Shown here: positions 26,029 to 35,649 of the stretch, one piece after another
How the letters are laid out: each line of letters begins with the position of its first letter
Position numbering within the stretch: the first letter of the stretch is position 1
From: a virus
Virus record (IMG/VR): IMGVR_UViG_3300045988_121486
Location: 1 to 38,697 of that record
Reading direction: 5' to 3' (one strand)
Length of the DNA stretch: 38,697 bases
Made by a program: the position numbers and the translations under genes
The notes under the pieces: model-generated
Database searches by the model: none
What the model was told of the DNA's origin: nothing
The model's input: the letters and a program-made list of their open reading frames with translations, nothing else

Positions 26029-26367
26029 ATGAAATATCCGTGTCTGGTACCCAAAAGATTATGCAAGACAGATATCTCTGTTGCGATAGATCAAGAAGGA
26101 CTGAACAAATACGGGGAGCCATTGAAGCCTGTGGAATATTCCGGAAAATGTAACTATCAGGACAAAGCCAAGACTGTGCTGACATTGGAGAAGAAACTGA
26201 TAGAGATTACTGGGACAGCATTGTTTCCCGGAGATATTTGTCCGGAACTTCCGGTCATATCCGGAGGCAGTGCTGTGATATTTGGGGGTAAGCGCAGGAT
26301 TCTGGAAGGGCGTAAGGCGAGAAACCCGGACGGAACAGTCAACTATACGGAGGTGCTGCTGGTATGA
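26029..26367 (+). CDS. Head closure or head-tail adaptor protein
   Basis: Position. Start at MKYPCLV after GAGGTGA. Confidence 0.5.
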   Translation: MKYPCLVPKRLCKTDISVAIDQEGLNKYGEPLKPVEYSGKCNYQDKAKTVLTLEKKLIEITGTALFPGDICPELPVISGGSAVIFGGKRRILEGRKARNPDGTVNYTEVLLV

Positions 26368-26744
26368 TCAGTGTAAACTCCACAGTAAAGCTGAATTTTC
26401 CGAAGATCCAACAATTGACGAGAGCACAGGTGATGGCTTTAGAGCAGACCGCTGAGGCATTACATACTAATGTGGTGCAGGCACAGGTGTTCCCAAGGGA
26501 TACCGGCAATCTGCAAAACGAGAGCACTTTTGTTGATTATTCGGAGAGCAGCCAGGGAAAAGTCAGTATCATATCCAGCACACCATATGCAAGACGGCTT
26601 TATTTTCACCCGGAATATCATTTCCAGAAGACGGAGAACCCGAATGCAAGAGGTGAATGGTATGAGGACTGGATCACAGGGGATAAAGCAGAGTATTGCC
26701 AGAAGGCATACAAACAAATATACAGGAGGATCGCTGGATTATGA
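26364..26744 (+). CDS. HK97 gp10-like head-tail joining protein
   Basis: FPRDTGNLQNES motif and position. Confidence 0.6.
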   Translation: MISVNSTVKLNFPKIQQLTRAQVMALEQTAEALHTNVVQAQVFPRDTGNLQNESTFVDYSESSQGKVSIISSTPYARRLYFHPEYHFQKTENPNARGEWYEDWITGDKAEYCQKAYKQIYRRIAGL

Positions 26745-27148
26745 TGTTATCAGATGTACGGGATTATGTGGAATCTCTCAAACTGGCAGATCAGGTGTAT
26801 ATGGGAAACCTGCCGGATAAACTGGAGAAGTCTATCGGCGTTTATAACAGCAAACATCAGCAGGAGTATAAGACGGCACTGGGAGGACCCAAGCTTGCAT
26901 CTTACGGGACGAAATATGTCACTCTGCTGATCCACTGGAATGAATCGCCGAGAGAGTCGGAAAAGGCGGCCGTGGCTGCATTTGAGGCAATAGAGACTGC
27001 AAGAAATGTAACTGTCAACGAGGAGTTGATAAAATTTATACAGCCTCTTTATGAGCCCCAGGATGTCGGAAAGGATGATGCCGGTATCTGCGAATGGGTC
27101 ATAGAGATGGCTGTTATTTATGAGAAAGGAAAAGGTGAAAAAGAATGA
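26741..27148 (+). CDS. Tail completion protein
   Basis: Position. ATGATG coupled start after AGGAGGA. Confidence 0.5.
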   Translation: MMLSDVRDYVESLKLADQVYMGNLPDKLEKSIGVYNSKHQQEYKTALGGPKLASYGTKYVTLLIHWNESPRESEKAAVAAFEAIETARNVTVNEELIKFIQPLYEPQDVGKDDAGICEWVIEMAVIYEKGKGEKE

Positions 27149-27594
27149 GCACACCTATTACAGGAGTATATCCCTGCTATGAAAACCAGTTTCAGATCAA
27201 TACTGCAGCAAGCGGAGTTGAAAAGAAAATGGTTGATATTGCGGACTGTGAGACCTTCAGTGTATCTTTCGATAATGGTGTAGAGGAATGGCATCCGTTT
27301 ACAGAAAAAGGATGGGTCAGACGGCTGCTTACCAGTAAGGGAGTTACCATCTCTGTAACTGCGAAGCGCAATGTTGGTGACGCTGGTAATGATGCTGTGG
27401 CAGCGCTTGCATGGGTAAACGGCCGTTCTGCGGAGAAAGATATTCAGTGGACATTCCCCGACGGAACTGTAGTTTTGTTTGCTGGAGCAGTCGTGAATGT
27501 AAAGAACATTGGAGCAGGGGACTCTACAGCTGTGGCACCGTTGGAATTCGATATTATGAGCAACGGGAAGCCAGAGATCACTCTCGCAGAGTAA
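27145..27594 (+). CDS. Major tail (tube) protein
   Basis: 149 aa, immediately before the chaperone pair and tape measure. Confidence 0.7.
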   Translation: MSTPITGVYPCYENQFQINTAASGVEKKMVDIADCETFSVSFDNGVEEWHPFTEKGWVRRLLTSKGVTISVTAKRNVGDAGNDAVAALAWVNGRSAEKDIQWTFPDGTVVLFAGAVVNVKNIGAGDSTAVAPLEFDIMSNGKPEITLAE

Positions 27595-27612
27595 AAAGAA
27601 CAGGAGGTTATT

Positions 27613-27909
27613 ATGGCAAAGAAAATCGTAGATATTACAGAAAAACTGAGTTTTGACGAGAACCCGGTACTGAAGGTGAAGGATGTCACCGTGGAAGTCA
27701 ATTCTGACGCAGCCACTGTACTGAAGATTATGGGTATTTTTTCGAAGGGTACATCAGCTAAAGAAGTGTTGGCGATATATGAACTGATTTTCAATGAGAA
27801 GGATAGGGAAAAGATCGATAAACTGAATCTCCAGTTCAAGGATTTCCAGACGATCATCATGGCAGCAGTAGACCTGATCACGGGAGACGAAGAGCCGGGA
27901 GAGCAGTGA
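27613..27909 (+). CDS. Tail assembly chaperone (gpG analogue)
   Basis: 98 aa acidic protein between the tail tube and tape measure genes. Confidence 0.7.
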   Translation: MAKKIVDITEKLSFDENPVLKVKDVTVEVNSDAATVLKIMGIFSKGTSAKEVLAIYELIFNEKDREKIDKLNLQFKDFQTIIMAAVDLITGDEEPGEQ

Positions 27910-28246
27910 CCCGTACTATGATCTGATCGGAGATTACAGTCTGATCGTATCATCCTTCCAGGCGCAGTACGGGATCCGGCTGTCGAAAGAAATTGATACC
28001 ATGAAGTGGGATGAGTTTAAGGACCTTCTTATCGGAATCGGACCGGAGACACCTCTGGGACGGATCGTAGCAATCCGGGCCGAGGAGGATAAGGATATCT
28101 TAGACAATTTTACTCCGGAACAACACAGAATCAGGAATGAATGGCGTACAAACAGAGCAAAAAAGGTGACACCTGATAATATGGCGGCAGTCCTTGGTCA
28201 ACTGAAGAATGCGTTCATTTCTCTGGCAGGGGGCGATATACATTGA
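27878..28246 (+). CDS. Tail assembly chaperone extension (gpT analogue, Gp15-like); open frame with no start before 28001
   Basis: Frame opens at 27878 and reads ...DPYYDLIGDYSLIVSSFQAQYGIRLSKEIDTMKWDEFKDLL. It is the +1 frame relative to 27613..27909. Confidence 0.55.
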   Translation, partial: SRETKSRESSDPYYDLIGDYSLIVSSFQAQYGIRLSKEIDTMKWDEFKDLLIGIGPETPLGRIVAIRAEEDKDILDNFTPEQHRIRNEWRTNRAKKVTPDNMAAVLGQLKNAFISLAGGDIH

Positions 28247-28268
28247 AAAAGTAGATAAGAAAAAAGTA

Positions 28269-28388
28269 GTGTGTCCTTACTGTGGGCATCCTGTGAATGC
28301 AATGCAGACGGAAGATGCACATTGCAGGGGAATTTATTTCCGCTGTAAAAATAAGGACTGTAAAAAGATTTTTGAGTTGAAGTTATAA
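28269..28388 (+). CDS. Possible small zinc-ribbon protein
   Basis: VCPYCGHPV...YFRCKNKDCKK. GTG start without a clear SD. Confidence 0.3.
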   Translation: MCPYCGHPVNAMQTEDAHCRGIYFRCKNKDCKKIFELKL

Positions 28389-28429
28389 GACGCTGTGCCG
28401 ATGTGCCTGTCTTAGAAGGCAGGCTGGTT

Positions 28430-31090
28430 ATGAGTGAAGCTACAAGCGTTGGACAGATCGGATTAGATCTGGTCGTAAATAAAAAGGACTTTAATAAGCA
28501 GATGAGCGGCATCCAGAGCCTGGCTACAAAAGTAGGTAAGAAACTGGCTGCCGCTTTTGCTGTAAAAAAGCTCGTAGATTTCAGTGAGAAGTGTATCGAA
28601 CTGGGATCAGATCTGAGTGAAGTGCAAAATGTTGTGGACGTAACATTCCCGGCAATGTCAAAGCAGGTAGATAAATTTGCGCAGAATGCCGCAACTGCAT
28701 TTGGACTGTCCGAGACGATGGCCAAGAGGTACACAGGAACCTTCGGTGCAATGGCCAAGGCTTTCGGATTCAGTGAGAAGCAGGCATACGATATGTCTAC
28801 CACTCTGACAGGACTGGCGGGAGATGTGGCATCCTTTTATAACATATCTCAGGACGAAGCATATACAAAGCTGAAATCGGTATTCACTGGAGAAACAGAG
28901 AGTCTGAAAGATCTTGGTGTCGTCATGACGCAGACGGCACTGGATGCCTACGCTATGGCCAACGGCTACGGGAAGACCACGGCGGCTATGTCGGAGGCAG
29001 AAAAGGTAGCCCTACGGTATTCCTTTGTTCAGAGTAAACTGGCGACGGCATCTGGGGACTTTATGCGGACTTCTGATGGCTGGGCCAATCAGGTCAGAAT
29101 CCTGAAGCTGCAGACTGAGTCTTTTATGGCGGCAATCGGTCAGGGGCTGATCAATGTCCTGACACCAGCTATCAAGGTTATCAATACCCTGATGGGGAAA
29201 TTGGTACAGCTGGCGAATGTATTTAAAGCGTTTACAGATAAATTTGCCGGAAAGAAAGGTAATGATGTAGCCACAGGCATGGCGGCTGCGGAGGAAGCGT
29301 CTGCGGGCATCAGTGATAATATTAATGCCGCGGGAAAAGCAGCTAAAAAGTTAGGTGGATTACTTTCATCTGATGAATTGGATTTACTCTCCCAGAAGAC
29401 GGATTCCTCTTCAGTATCTTCTGGTGAAACTTCCGGAATAGATATCGCTGGTTTGCAGACTTCCACGCAGGAGGCTGAAGCCAGTGCGGATAAAATTTCG
29501 AAAAAACTCTCTGACGCATTCAAGATTCCCGGTGTCAAAAATTTTGCAGATCAGTTCAACAATGGTCTGAAAAAGATTGATTTCGGAAATCTGAAGGATA
29601 ATTTTTCAAGAATCATGGCTCAGATGGATCCATTGGCCAAAACTACAGTCAGAAACATTGAGACAATCATGGATCCGCTGGGAGGATATCTCGGAAACAG
29701 AATCGGAAATAAGATTGCTGTTACAGCCAAGGCGGTAGACCTGGGGCTGGATGGAATTGCAAGCTATCTGGAGCGCAACAGGAAAAAGATAGAATCCTGG
29801 AGCAGTGATGTAAGCCAGTCTATTGCGAACGGATTTACAAATCTTACGGATATCAATGAGCAGACATACAATAATCTGCTGGGGGCACTGGATAAAGCAG
29901 GACCTGATATTGTAAACGGAATCAATGATATTCTGACAGGTTGTACTGGATTTGGAATGTCACTGGGAACAATCTTCGCGGAAGGGTTTGAAATTTCCAC
30001 AGAACACACATCCCAGTGGATGAAAGACAATCAGGAACTGATAGAAGGTACGCTCACTGATCTGTTTGATTTCGGTGGAGAATGTGCATCACTGGCAGGA
30101 CAGATTGTAGGAAATCTTGGTAGTTCGCTTACAGATTGGTGGGAATCTCAGGGGAGTAGTACCTTTGGGAATATTGTAGATGCCTGGAATGATATCAAGA
30201 AGACGGTTTTAGAACTGTGGAATGATATTGCAATGCCAGTACTGAACCATGCTAGGGAAGCGATACAGGAGCTATGGGAAGAAAATCTCAGACCACTATG
30301 GGACAACGTTCTTGATCTGATCAGCTCAGTAGGCGATTTCCTTGCAACCGCGTGGAGTACCGTAATCAAACCAATTATCGGGTATCTGGCACCGACAATC
30401 AAGCAGGTGGCAGACATTGTGATAAACATCATGAGTACAGTATTCGCAACCGTGTCAGACATTATATCCGGAGCCATGAAAATACTGGGAGGACTGTTGG
30501 ATTTCCTCACCGGAGTGTTTACAGGCAACTGGAAAAAGGCATGGGAAGGCTTACAGAAAATTACGGATGGAATCTGGCAAGCAATATGGGGATCTATCAA
30601 GGGAGTATGTAATCTGATCATTGATGGTGTGAATGCAATGATATCATTGATATATTCTACACTACGCAATGTGGTAAATGGAATCGGAAGCGTCGCAAAG
30701 AAGGCAGGAGATCTGGTTGGAAAAGACTGGGGCTTCGAAATGCCGAGTGATCCACCGCAGATACCTAAATTGTGGAATGGTGGATATGTCAAGGCTAATA
30801 CGCCACAGCTTGCTATGATCGGTGATAATAGGCATCAGGGAGAAATTGTATCACCGGAAGATAAGTTACAGAAAATGGCACTAAGCGCAGCACAGGCGGT
30901 AGCGGGATCGGGAGGATCCATATCTGCGGAAAAGCTGGATAAGATCATTACATTGCTGGAGACTATCATCAGAATATTGGCGTCAGGCAATACGATAGAA
31001 ATCAATGGTGTAAAATTTGCGGAACTACTGAAAAAGATAAACAGGGAGTACTTTAAGGCAACTGGAAATTACCTGTTGCTGGATGTATAA
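28430..31090 (+). CDS. Tail tape measure protein (TP901-family core)
   Basis: AFGLSETMAKRYTGTFGAMAKAFGFSEKQAYDMSTTLTGLAGDVASFYN core. About 890 aa. An alternative GTG start lies at 28403. Confidence 0.9.
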   Translation: MSEATSVGQIGLDLVVNKKDFNKQMSGIQSLATKVGKKLAAAFAVKKLVDFSEKCIELGSDLSEVQNVVDVTFPAMSKQVDKFAQNAATAFGLSETMAKRYTGTFGAMAKAFGFSEKQAYDMSTTLTGLAGDVASFYNISQDEAYTKLKSVFTGETESLKDLGVVMTQTALDAYAMANGYGKTTAAMSEAEKVALRYSFVQSKLATASGDFMRTSDGWANQVRILKLQTESFMAAIGQGLINVLTPAIKVINTLMGKLVQLANVFKAFTDKFAGKKGNDVATGMAAAEEASAGISDNINAAGKAAKKLGGLLSSDELDLLSQKTDSSSVSSGETSGIDIAGLQTSTQEAEASADKISKKLSDAFKIPGVKNFADQFNNGLKKIDFGNLKDNFSRIMAQMDPLAKTTVRNIETIMDPLGGYLGNRIGNKIAVTAKAVDLGLDGIASYLERNRKKIESWSSDVSQSIANGFTNLTDINEQTYNNLLGALDKAGPDIVNGINDILTGCTGFGMSLGTIFAEGFEISTEHTSQWMKDNQELIEGTLTDLFDFGGECASLAGQIVGNLGSSLTDWWESQGSSTFGNIVDAWNDIKKTVLELWNDIAMPVLNHAREAIQELWEENLRPLWDNVLDLISSVGDFLATAWSTVIKPIIGYLAPTIKQVADIVINIMSTVFATVSDIISGAMKILGGLLDFLTGVFTGNWKKAWEGLQKITDGIWQAIWGSIKGVCNLIIDGVNAMISLIYSTLRNVVNGIGSVAKKAGDLVGKDWGFEMPSDPPQIPKLWNGGYVKANTPQLAMIGDNRHQGEIVSPEDKLQKMALSAAQAVAGSGGSISAEKLDKIITLLETIIRILASGNTIEINGVKFAELLKKINREYFKATGNYLLLDV

Positions 31091-31102
31091 GGAGGCAGCA
31101 GG

Positions 31103-31504
31103 ATGGCATTTCAGGCATGGTTATTAAAAGTGGGAGATACTGATATTTCAAAGTATGTAGATATTGAGACCTATAAGGTGAGTCCGGATCAGCGTGCAGA
31201 TCTGGACTCTGACAGAAATGGTTTGAATATTTTATACCGGGAAGTTGCAGATCATTATACAACAAAAATTGAGTTCAATACGATTCCACTGGAAGCATGG
31301 GAAATGACAGAATTTCTACAAGCAATGGAAAAAGCGTACATAAAGGAGAAGGAAAGAAAGGTTATTGTAACTTATTTCGATGTAAATACCGGAGGATATA
31401 AATCGGGAGAAATGTATGTACCAAATTATACAGTAGAGACAAAAAGTTGGAATGGTATGGAATTATGGTATAAGCCATTACGTGTTGCGTTCCAGGAGTA
31501 TTAA
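31103..31504 (+). CDS. Distal tail protein-like component
   Basis: First gene after the tape measure. 133 aa. Confidence 0.5.
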   Translation: MAFQAWLLKVGDTDISKYVDIETYKVSPDQRADLDSDRNGLNILYREVADHYTTKIEFNTIPLEAWEMTEFLQAMEKAYIKEKERKVIVTYFDVNTGGYKSGEMYVPNYTVETKSWNGMELWYKPLRVAFQEY

Positions 31505-31516
31505 GAGGGAGAGGGA

Positions 31517-33301
31517 ATGATAGATTATAAATATAAAGATTTTTATAATGATACATCCGTATCCAAAAGAATGCAGATACAATGTAGTGACGGGAGTGTA
31601 CTGAATGAAGATGACTGGAAAGGTGAAAGTGCAGAGCTTACTGAGAGACTATGCTCAGAGAGTGAACTAAGTTTTGGCAGGTGTGAGGCGAGTACTTTTA
31701 AACTGAGAGTCAGGGAACGAATAGTACCTCTTGCCGGAAAAAAGATAACCGTATCCGCAACATTGGAAGGAGCCGAAGAGGCTCCTTTTATGATGGGAGT
31801 TTATAAAGTAGATTCTGATGTACCTACAGCAGATAGAAGATATCGGGATATTGTGGCCTATGATGCCATGTACGACATCCTAAATGCAGAGGTATCCGGG
31901 TGGTATAAGGGTTTGATATTTCCGATGACACTTCGACAGTTCCGTACCAGCTTTTGTGCTTATGTCGGTGTGGAACAAGAAGAAATCACACTGGTCAACG
32001 ATGATATGGTGGTAGAAAAAACTATCGATCCGGGAGAGCTCCCGGGGAAAACGGTTATTGAATCCATCTGCGAGATTAACGGATGTTTTGGGCACATCGG
32101 TAGAAATGGAAAACTGCAGTATGTGGTGCTGGAACAGATGATCGAGGGTCTGTACCCCGCAGATGATCTGTATCCGGCAGATGACCTTTACCCCGCGGAT
32201 CCGGTGGGGACCACGGAGGTATCCAAAAGTAATTACATCTCCTGCCAGTATGAGGACTTTGTTTGTCAGCATATTACTAAGCTGCAGATCCGCCAGGAAG
32301 AAAATGATATCGGGGCAATCTCCGGTACCGGGAATAACGGTTATATTATCGAGGATAATTTTTTAGTATACGGCAAGTCTGCGACGGATTTGCAAACGAT
32401 AGCTGACAGAGTCCTTAGTGTAATCGGTGTCGTATGGTACCGACCAGCACAGGTAGAAGCCCGAGGTAATCCCTGCCTGGAGGTAGGGGATGGCATCTTG
32501 TTGCACACGACTCGGGAGACCATTTATACCTATATCCTGCAGCGCACATTAAAAGGCATACAGGCACTTCGTGACAGCTATACGGCGGAGGGCGAGGAAT
32601 ACAGGACCGGACAGGTCAATGGCATTATGAAGTCCATCATCCAATTGAAGGGTAAGTCGAATGTCCTTACCCGGACAGTGGAAGAGACCCGGCTGGAAAT
32701 GAAAGATATCGAAAATGACTTATCTACAGAGATAAAAGTGGTAGCAGGAGAGGTTGAATTAAAGGTATCGAAAGATAATCTTATTGCAGAAATAAATCTG
32801 ACACCGGATAAGGCACTGATCAAGGCTGAGAGGATAGATCTGGTCGGGCTTGTAAATGCAGATGAGATGGTGATCAAGTACGCGACCATCGAAACCTTGA
32901 ATACTACCAAACTGGAACTAAACAACCTGATTGCCACCAAGGCAACCATCGACTCTCTCAATGCCGTCAGTGGCCGCGTAGGATTACTGGAGGCGGATCA
33001 TGTGACTACATCTGATCTGTCAGCCGTATCAGCCCGTCTGAGCAACGTGGAAGCCAACTATATCAGCGCCAGCACTGTAAAGGCAGACTACATGGAGGTA
33101 TCCAACTGGACATCCTCTGGGGTGATTAAAGCGGACAGAATCAGCGCTGCGACTATCGTAAATAAGCTATCAAGCGTTGATCTGGTCAGCGTAAGAGCAA
33201 TGGGTGTCAGCGGGTACATGAATTATAAAGGTACAGTAGTTGCGTGGAGAACAAAAACCATTAGTGGGACTGTTATAACTTATTTGGGACCGGAGGATTA
33301 A
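31517..33301 (+). CDS. Tail-associated or minor structural protein (Tal-like)
   Basis: 594 aa, second gene after the tape measure. C-terminal heptad-like repeats. (D)LYPAD repeated three times at 32150-32200. Confidence 0.7.
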   Translation: MIDYKYKDFYNDTSVSKRMQIQCSDGSVLNEDDWKGESAELTERLCSESELSFGRCEASTFKLRVRERIVPLAGKKITVSATLEGAEEAPFMMGVYKVDSDVPTADRRYRDIVAYDAMYDILNAEVSGWYKGLIFPMTLRQFRTSFCAYVGVEQEEITLVNDDMVVEKTIDPGELPGKTVIESICEINGCFGHIGRNGKLQYVVLEQMIEGLYPADDLYPADDLYPADPVGTTEVSKSNYISCQYEDFVCQHITKLQIRQEENDIGAISGTGNNGYIIEDNFLVYGKSATDLQTIADRVLSVIGVVWYRPAQVEARGNPCLEVGDGILLHTTRETIYTYILQRTLKGIQALRDSYTAEGEEYRTGQVNGIMKSIIQLKGKSNVLTRTVEETRLEMKDIENDLSTEIKVVAGEVELKVSKDNLIAEINLTPDKALIKAERIDLVGLVNADEMVIKYATIETLNTTKLELNNLIATKATIDSLNAVSGRVGLLEADHVTTSDLSAVSARLSNVEANYISASTVKADYMEVSNWTSSGVIKADRISAATIVNKLSSVDLVSVRAMGVSGYMNYKGTVVAWRTKTISGTVITYLGPED

Positions 33302-33306
33302 GAGAT

Positions 33307-33519
33307 ATGAGCAATTTAGAAATCAAGGAATTTAGTCAGGCAATCGCAAATTTTGTAGAAGCATCTCCGTTGCCGGAGGAAGTTAAGCGCATGGCATTGC
33401 AGGAGAATTTGGCACGACAGGAGCAGAAAGCCAGGGATGCATTACTGGCGGAGATTGCGGACCGCGATGCTGCCGAGGCAAAACAGAAAGAGGTGAAGCA
33501 GGATGCAGAAAGCGTATGA
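33307..33519 (+). CDS. Small hypothetical tail-module protein
   Basis: 70 aa, helical and charged. Confidence 0.45.
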   Translation: MSNLEIKEFSQAIANFVEASPLPEEVKRMALQENLARQEQKARDALLAEIADRDAAEAKQKEVKQDAESV

Positions 33520-34204
33520 CTGGGAAGAGAACTATTGGGAGAATAAGCCATCGACCAAGACACCAGTGAATAAAACCAATATGGATAAGCTTAGCAATGG
33601 AGTTTGCACCATTGATGAGCGTGTAATCACACTTGATTTGACCAAGTTTGACAAGGTTGATGCGCAGTCCTGTATTAAACAGATTGCCTATGATAAAGCG
33701 ACTGGTAAATGGACAATCACTGCATTTTCTGGCGCCCAGCAGGTCATTGATACCATGCTCGAAAAGCTGGCGGTTAATTTTGACTATGATCCCGAAACAC
33801 AGCGGTTAATCATTACACTGGATGATGGCACGCAGAAATATGCGGATCTGTCAGCGTTGATTACTCAGTTTGAGTTTATGGACTCTGATACCGTTTACTG
33901 GACGGTGGGGGCAGACGGTAAAGTAAAGGTTGGTATTAAAAACGGTAGTATCACGGACGAGAAGCTGCAGCCGAACTATCTTGCAGACATCACAGTGCAG
34001 GCAGAAACAGCAACACAGCAGGCATCAGCGGCGGCAGCATCTGCAGCACAGGCTAAGATAGATGCAGACCGTGCGGAGACCTATGCAAGCATCACAGAGC
34101 CTAAATTTTATTTAGATGAGACCACGATGAACCTTTACATGAAGGATGGCGTGGGTGTGGATTTTGTAGCAGATGACAATGTTTTGTATTGGAAAGTAGC
34201 ATAA
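33503..34204 (+). CDS. Putative tail fibre or baseplate upper protein
   Basis: Position. The Ala/Gln-rich C-terminal coil is typical of fibre shafts. Confidence 0.5.
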   Translation: MQKAYDWEENYWENKPSTKTPVNKTNMDKLSNGVCTIDERVITLDLTKFDKVDAQSCIKQIAYDKATGKWTITAFSGAQQVIDTMLEKLAVNFDYDPETQRLIITLDDGTQKYADLSALITQFEFMDSDTVYWTVGADGKVKVGIKNGSITDEKLQPNYLADITVQAETATQQASAAAASAAQAKIDADRAETYASITEPKFYLDETTMNLYMKDGVGVDFVADDNVLYWKVA

Positions 34205-34217
34205 GGAGGAATGATTT

Positions 34218-34907
34218 ATGGCAGCACCGGAGGGATACAAGACTCTCGGAAAAATCGGAATATCTTACAAAGGAGATTACAACTCTAATATTGCATATGA
34301 GCGTTTGGATGCGGTATATCACAATGGCAGTACATATTTGGCAATTAAAGATGCACCGGATGGAGCACCGAGGGATGATAAGCTCAACTGGATCTATTTG
34401 GCCAAGGGATTTAGTGGAGACATCGGATACTCAGAAATCGCGTTTACTGAGGCGGAGAACCGCGAGAACATTAATACGGGCGAGAGCGTAAAGACGGTCT
34501 TTGGCAAGATTAAAAAGTTTTTTGCAGACTTGACCGCACCGGCCTTTGCGCAGATGATCACATCCAAGGATGATCTGCTGGCCACCAAAGCCACCGGCTA
34601 TGTCCCGGATGCCAAGGCGGTGGCAGATGCGGTTACTGATGTAACTGGCAAGTTAGGTAAGTATAAATTATCTACGTGTGGATTCTTTTCCATTGATCTA
34701 GTTGTTGGATCAAATATAGTTTCAGTGGATAAGTTAGTGTCTGGTAGTTTGCCTCAAACACCATATACTCTATTCACCGTTATATCACAAGGAACGTCTT
34801 TAAATAGGTTAATAGATATATTTTTTGATGGTGGTAATAATGTAGTGGCATATACAAATGTAGCTCAAAGATATAGCATAATGTGGGTGTCTTTCGAATT
34901 GACTTAA
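34218..34907 (+). CDS. Tail fibre / receptor-binding protein: constant N-terminus (to GKL, 34655) plus currently attached C-terminal cassette A
   Basis: N-terminal YKGDYNSNIAYERLDAVYHNGSTYLAIKD fibre-like pattern. Composition becomes AT-rich exactly after 34655. Confidence 0.75.
   Translation: MAAPEGYKTLGKIGISYKGDYNSNIAYERLDAVYHNGSTYLAIKDAPDGAPRDDKLNWIYLAKGFSGDIGYSEIAFTEAENRENINTGESVKTVFGKIKKFFADLTAPAFAQMITSKDDLLATKATGYVPDAKAVADAVTDVTGKLGKYKLSTCGFFSIDLVVGSNIVSVDKLVSGSLPQTPYTLFTVISQGTSLNRLIDIFFDGGNNVVAYTNVAQRYSIMWVSFELT
34642..34655 (+). repeat. Crossover-like site S1, TAACTGGCAAGTTA (encodes TGKL)
   Basis: 14-mer identical to 37980-37993. The 10-nt core TGGCAAGTTA is shared with all four sites. 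Confidence 0.8.
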
Positions 34908-35593
34908 GTACTAAATAAAGCCTTGGTAAGTGTAATATAACCTCCAACATTGGTGCTATCAGTAGCTGAATATGAAAACAATTGTAATCGCAAATAATGG
35001 TTTCCACTTAAAGAACTACAATTATATGATGTGTTTATTGTGTATGTTGTTTTCTCCTTATCATAATTCGGATGAGCATATAAAGTAGTAACTTCAACTC
35101 CAGAAGCATTTAACAACTTAACTTTAGGTCGATAATCATCAGAACCATAAGGATTACCTGTTACTTTATAAGATGATCCCTGCAAAGTTAAAGTTTTAAA
35201 ACTAGATAAGTTGATTGCTGGAGAAGTATAATACACATAAGAACTCATTCCGGTTTGTGATGCGATTTTTAGTGTAACAGCACTACCATTAGAGGAAGCA
35301 CTTGGCGTAATAGCTCCTCCAGCAGTACCAACCGTCCACCCACTTCTTATCAAAGAATAAGTAGCAGGATTTTGTGATGCTACAACAGCTATTAATTGGT
35401 TAAATGTCATATTGGCGTTTACTAATCCGCTTGGTTTTAAAGCATTATATAGTGCAGCCGCATACGATGCCTCACTGCTAAAAGGGATAACTGTATCTGC
35501 ACCTGCCGGATTCGTAATAATGTAGCCATATTCTCCGTTAGAATTCACGCCGAATCTAAAAGGAACATTATCTGAGGCAATTAACTTGCCATT
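34904..35593 (-). CDS. Start-less alternative tail-fibre C-terminal cassette B (NGKL-IASDNVPFRFGVNSNGEYGY...)
   Basis: 229 codons open from the core. In-frame TGA at 35606-35608. No ATG or SD. The track's GTG at 35548 lies inside a continuous sequence. Shares TTAA stops with cassette A. Confidence 0.65.
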   Translation of the reverse strand, partial: NGKLIASDNVPFRFGVNSNGEYGYIITNPAGADTVIPFSSEASYAAALYNALKPSGLVNANMTFNQLIAVVASQNPATYSLIRSGWTVGTAGGAITPSASSNGSAVTLKIASQTGMSSYVYYTSPAINLSSFKTLTLQGSSYKVTGNPYGSDDYRPKVKLLNASGVEVTTLYAHPNYDKEKTTYTINTSYNCSSLSGNHYLRLQLFSYSATDSTNVGGYITLTKALFST

Positions 35594-35595
35594 TA
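35582..35595 (-). repeat. Crossover-like site S2, TAAATGGCAAGTTA (minus sense)
   Basis: Inverted relative to S1 and read as NGKL. Confidence 0.8.
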
Positions 35596-35649
35596 GTGTA
35601 GTAGATCAGACGGCGGGTGCAGCCGTAAGAGCACCAGAAAGGAGCCCTC

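Noticed and set aside
3296-31102. Recurrent GGAGGCAGCAGG just before start codons (3296, 8190, 12919, 31090; variants at 3914, 14461, 21739)
   Set aside because: Most simply a favoured SD-plus-spacer translation initiation region. It also occurs inside ORFs (11085, 17917). It was not treated as a separate element.
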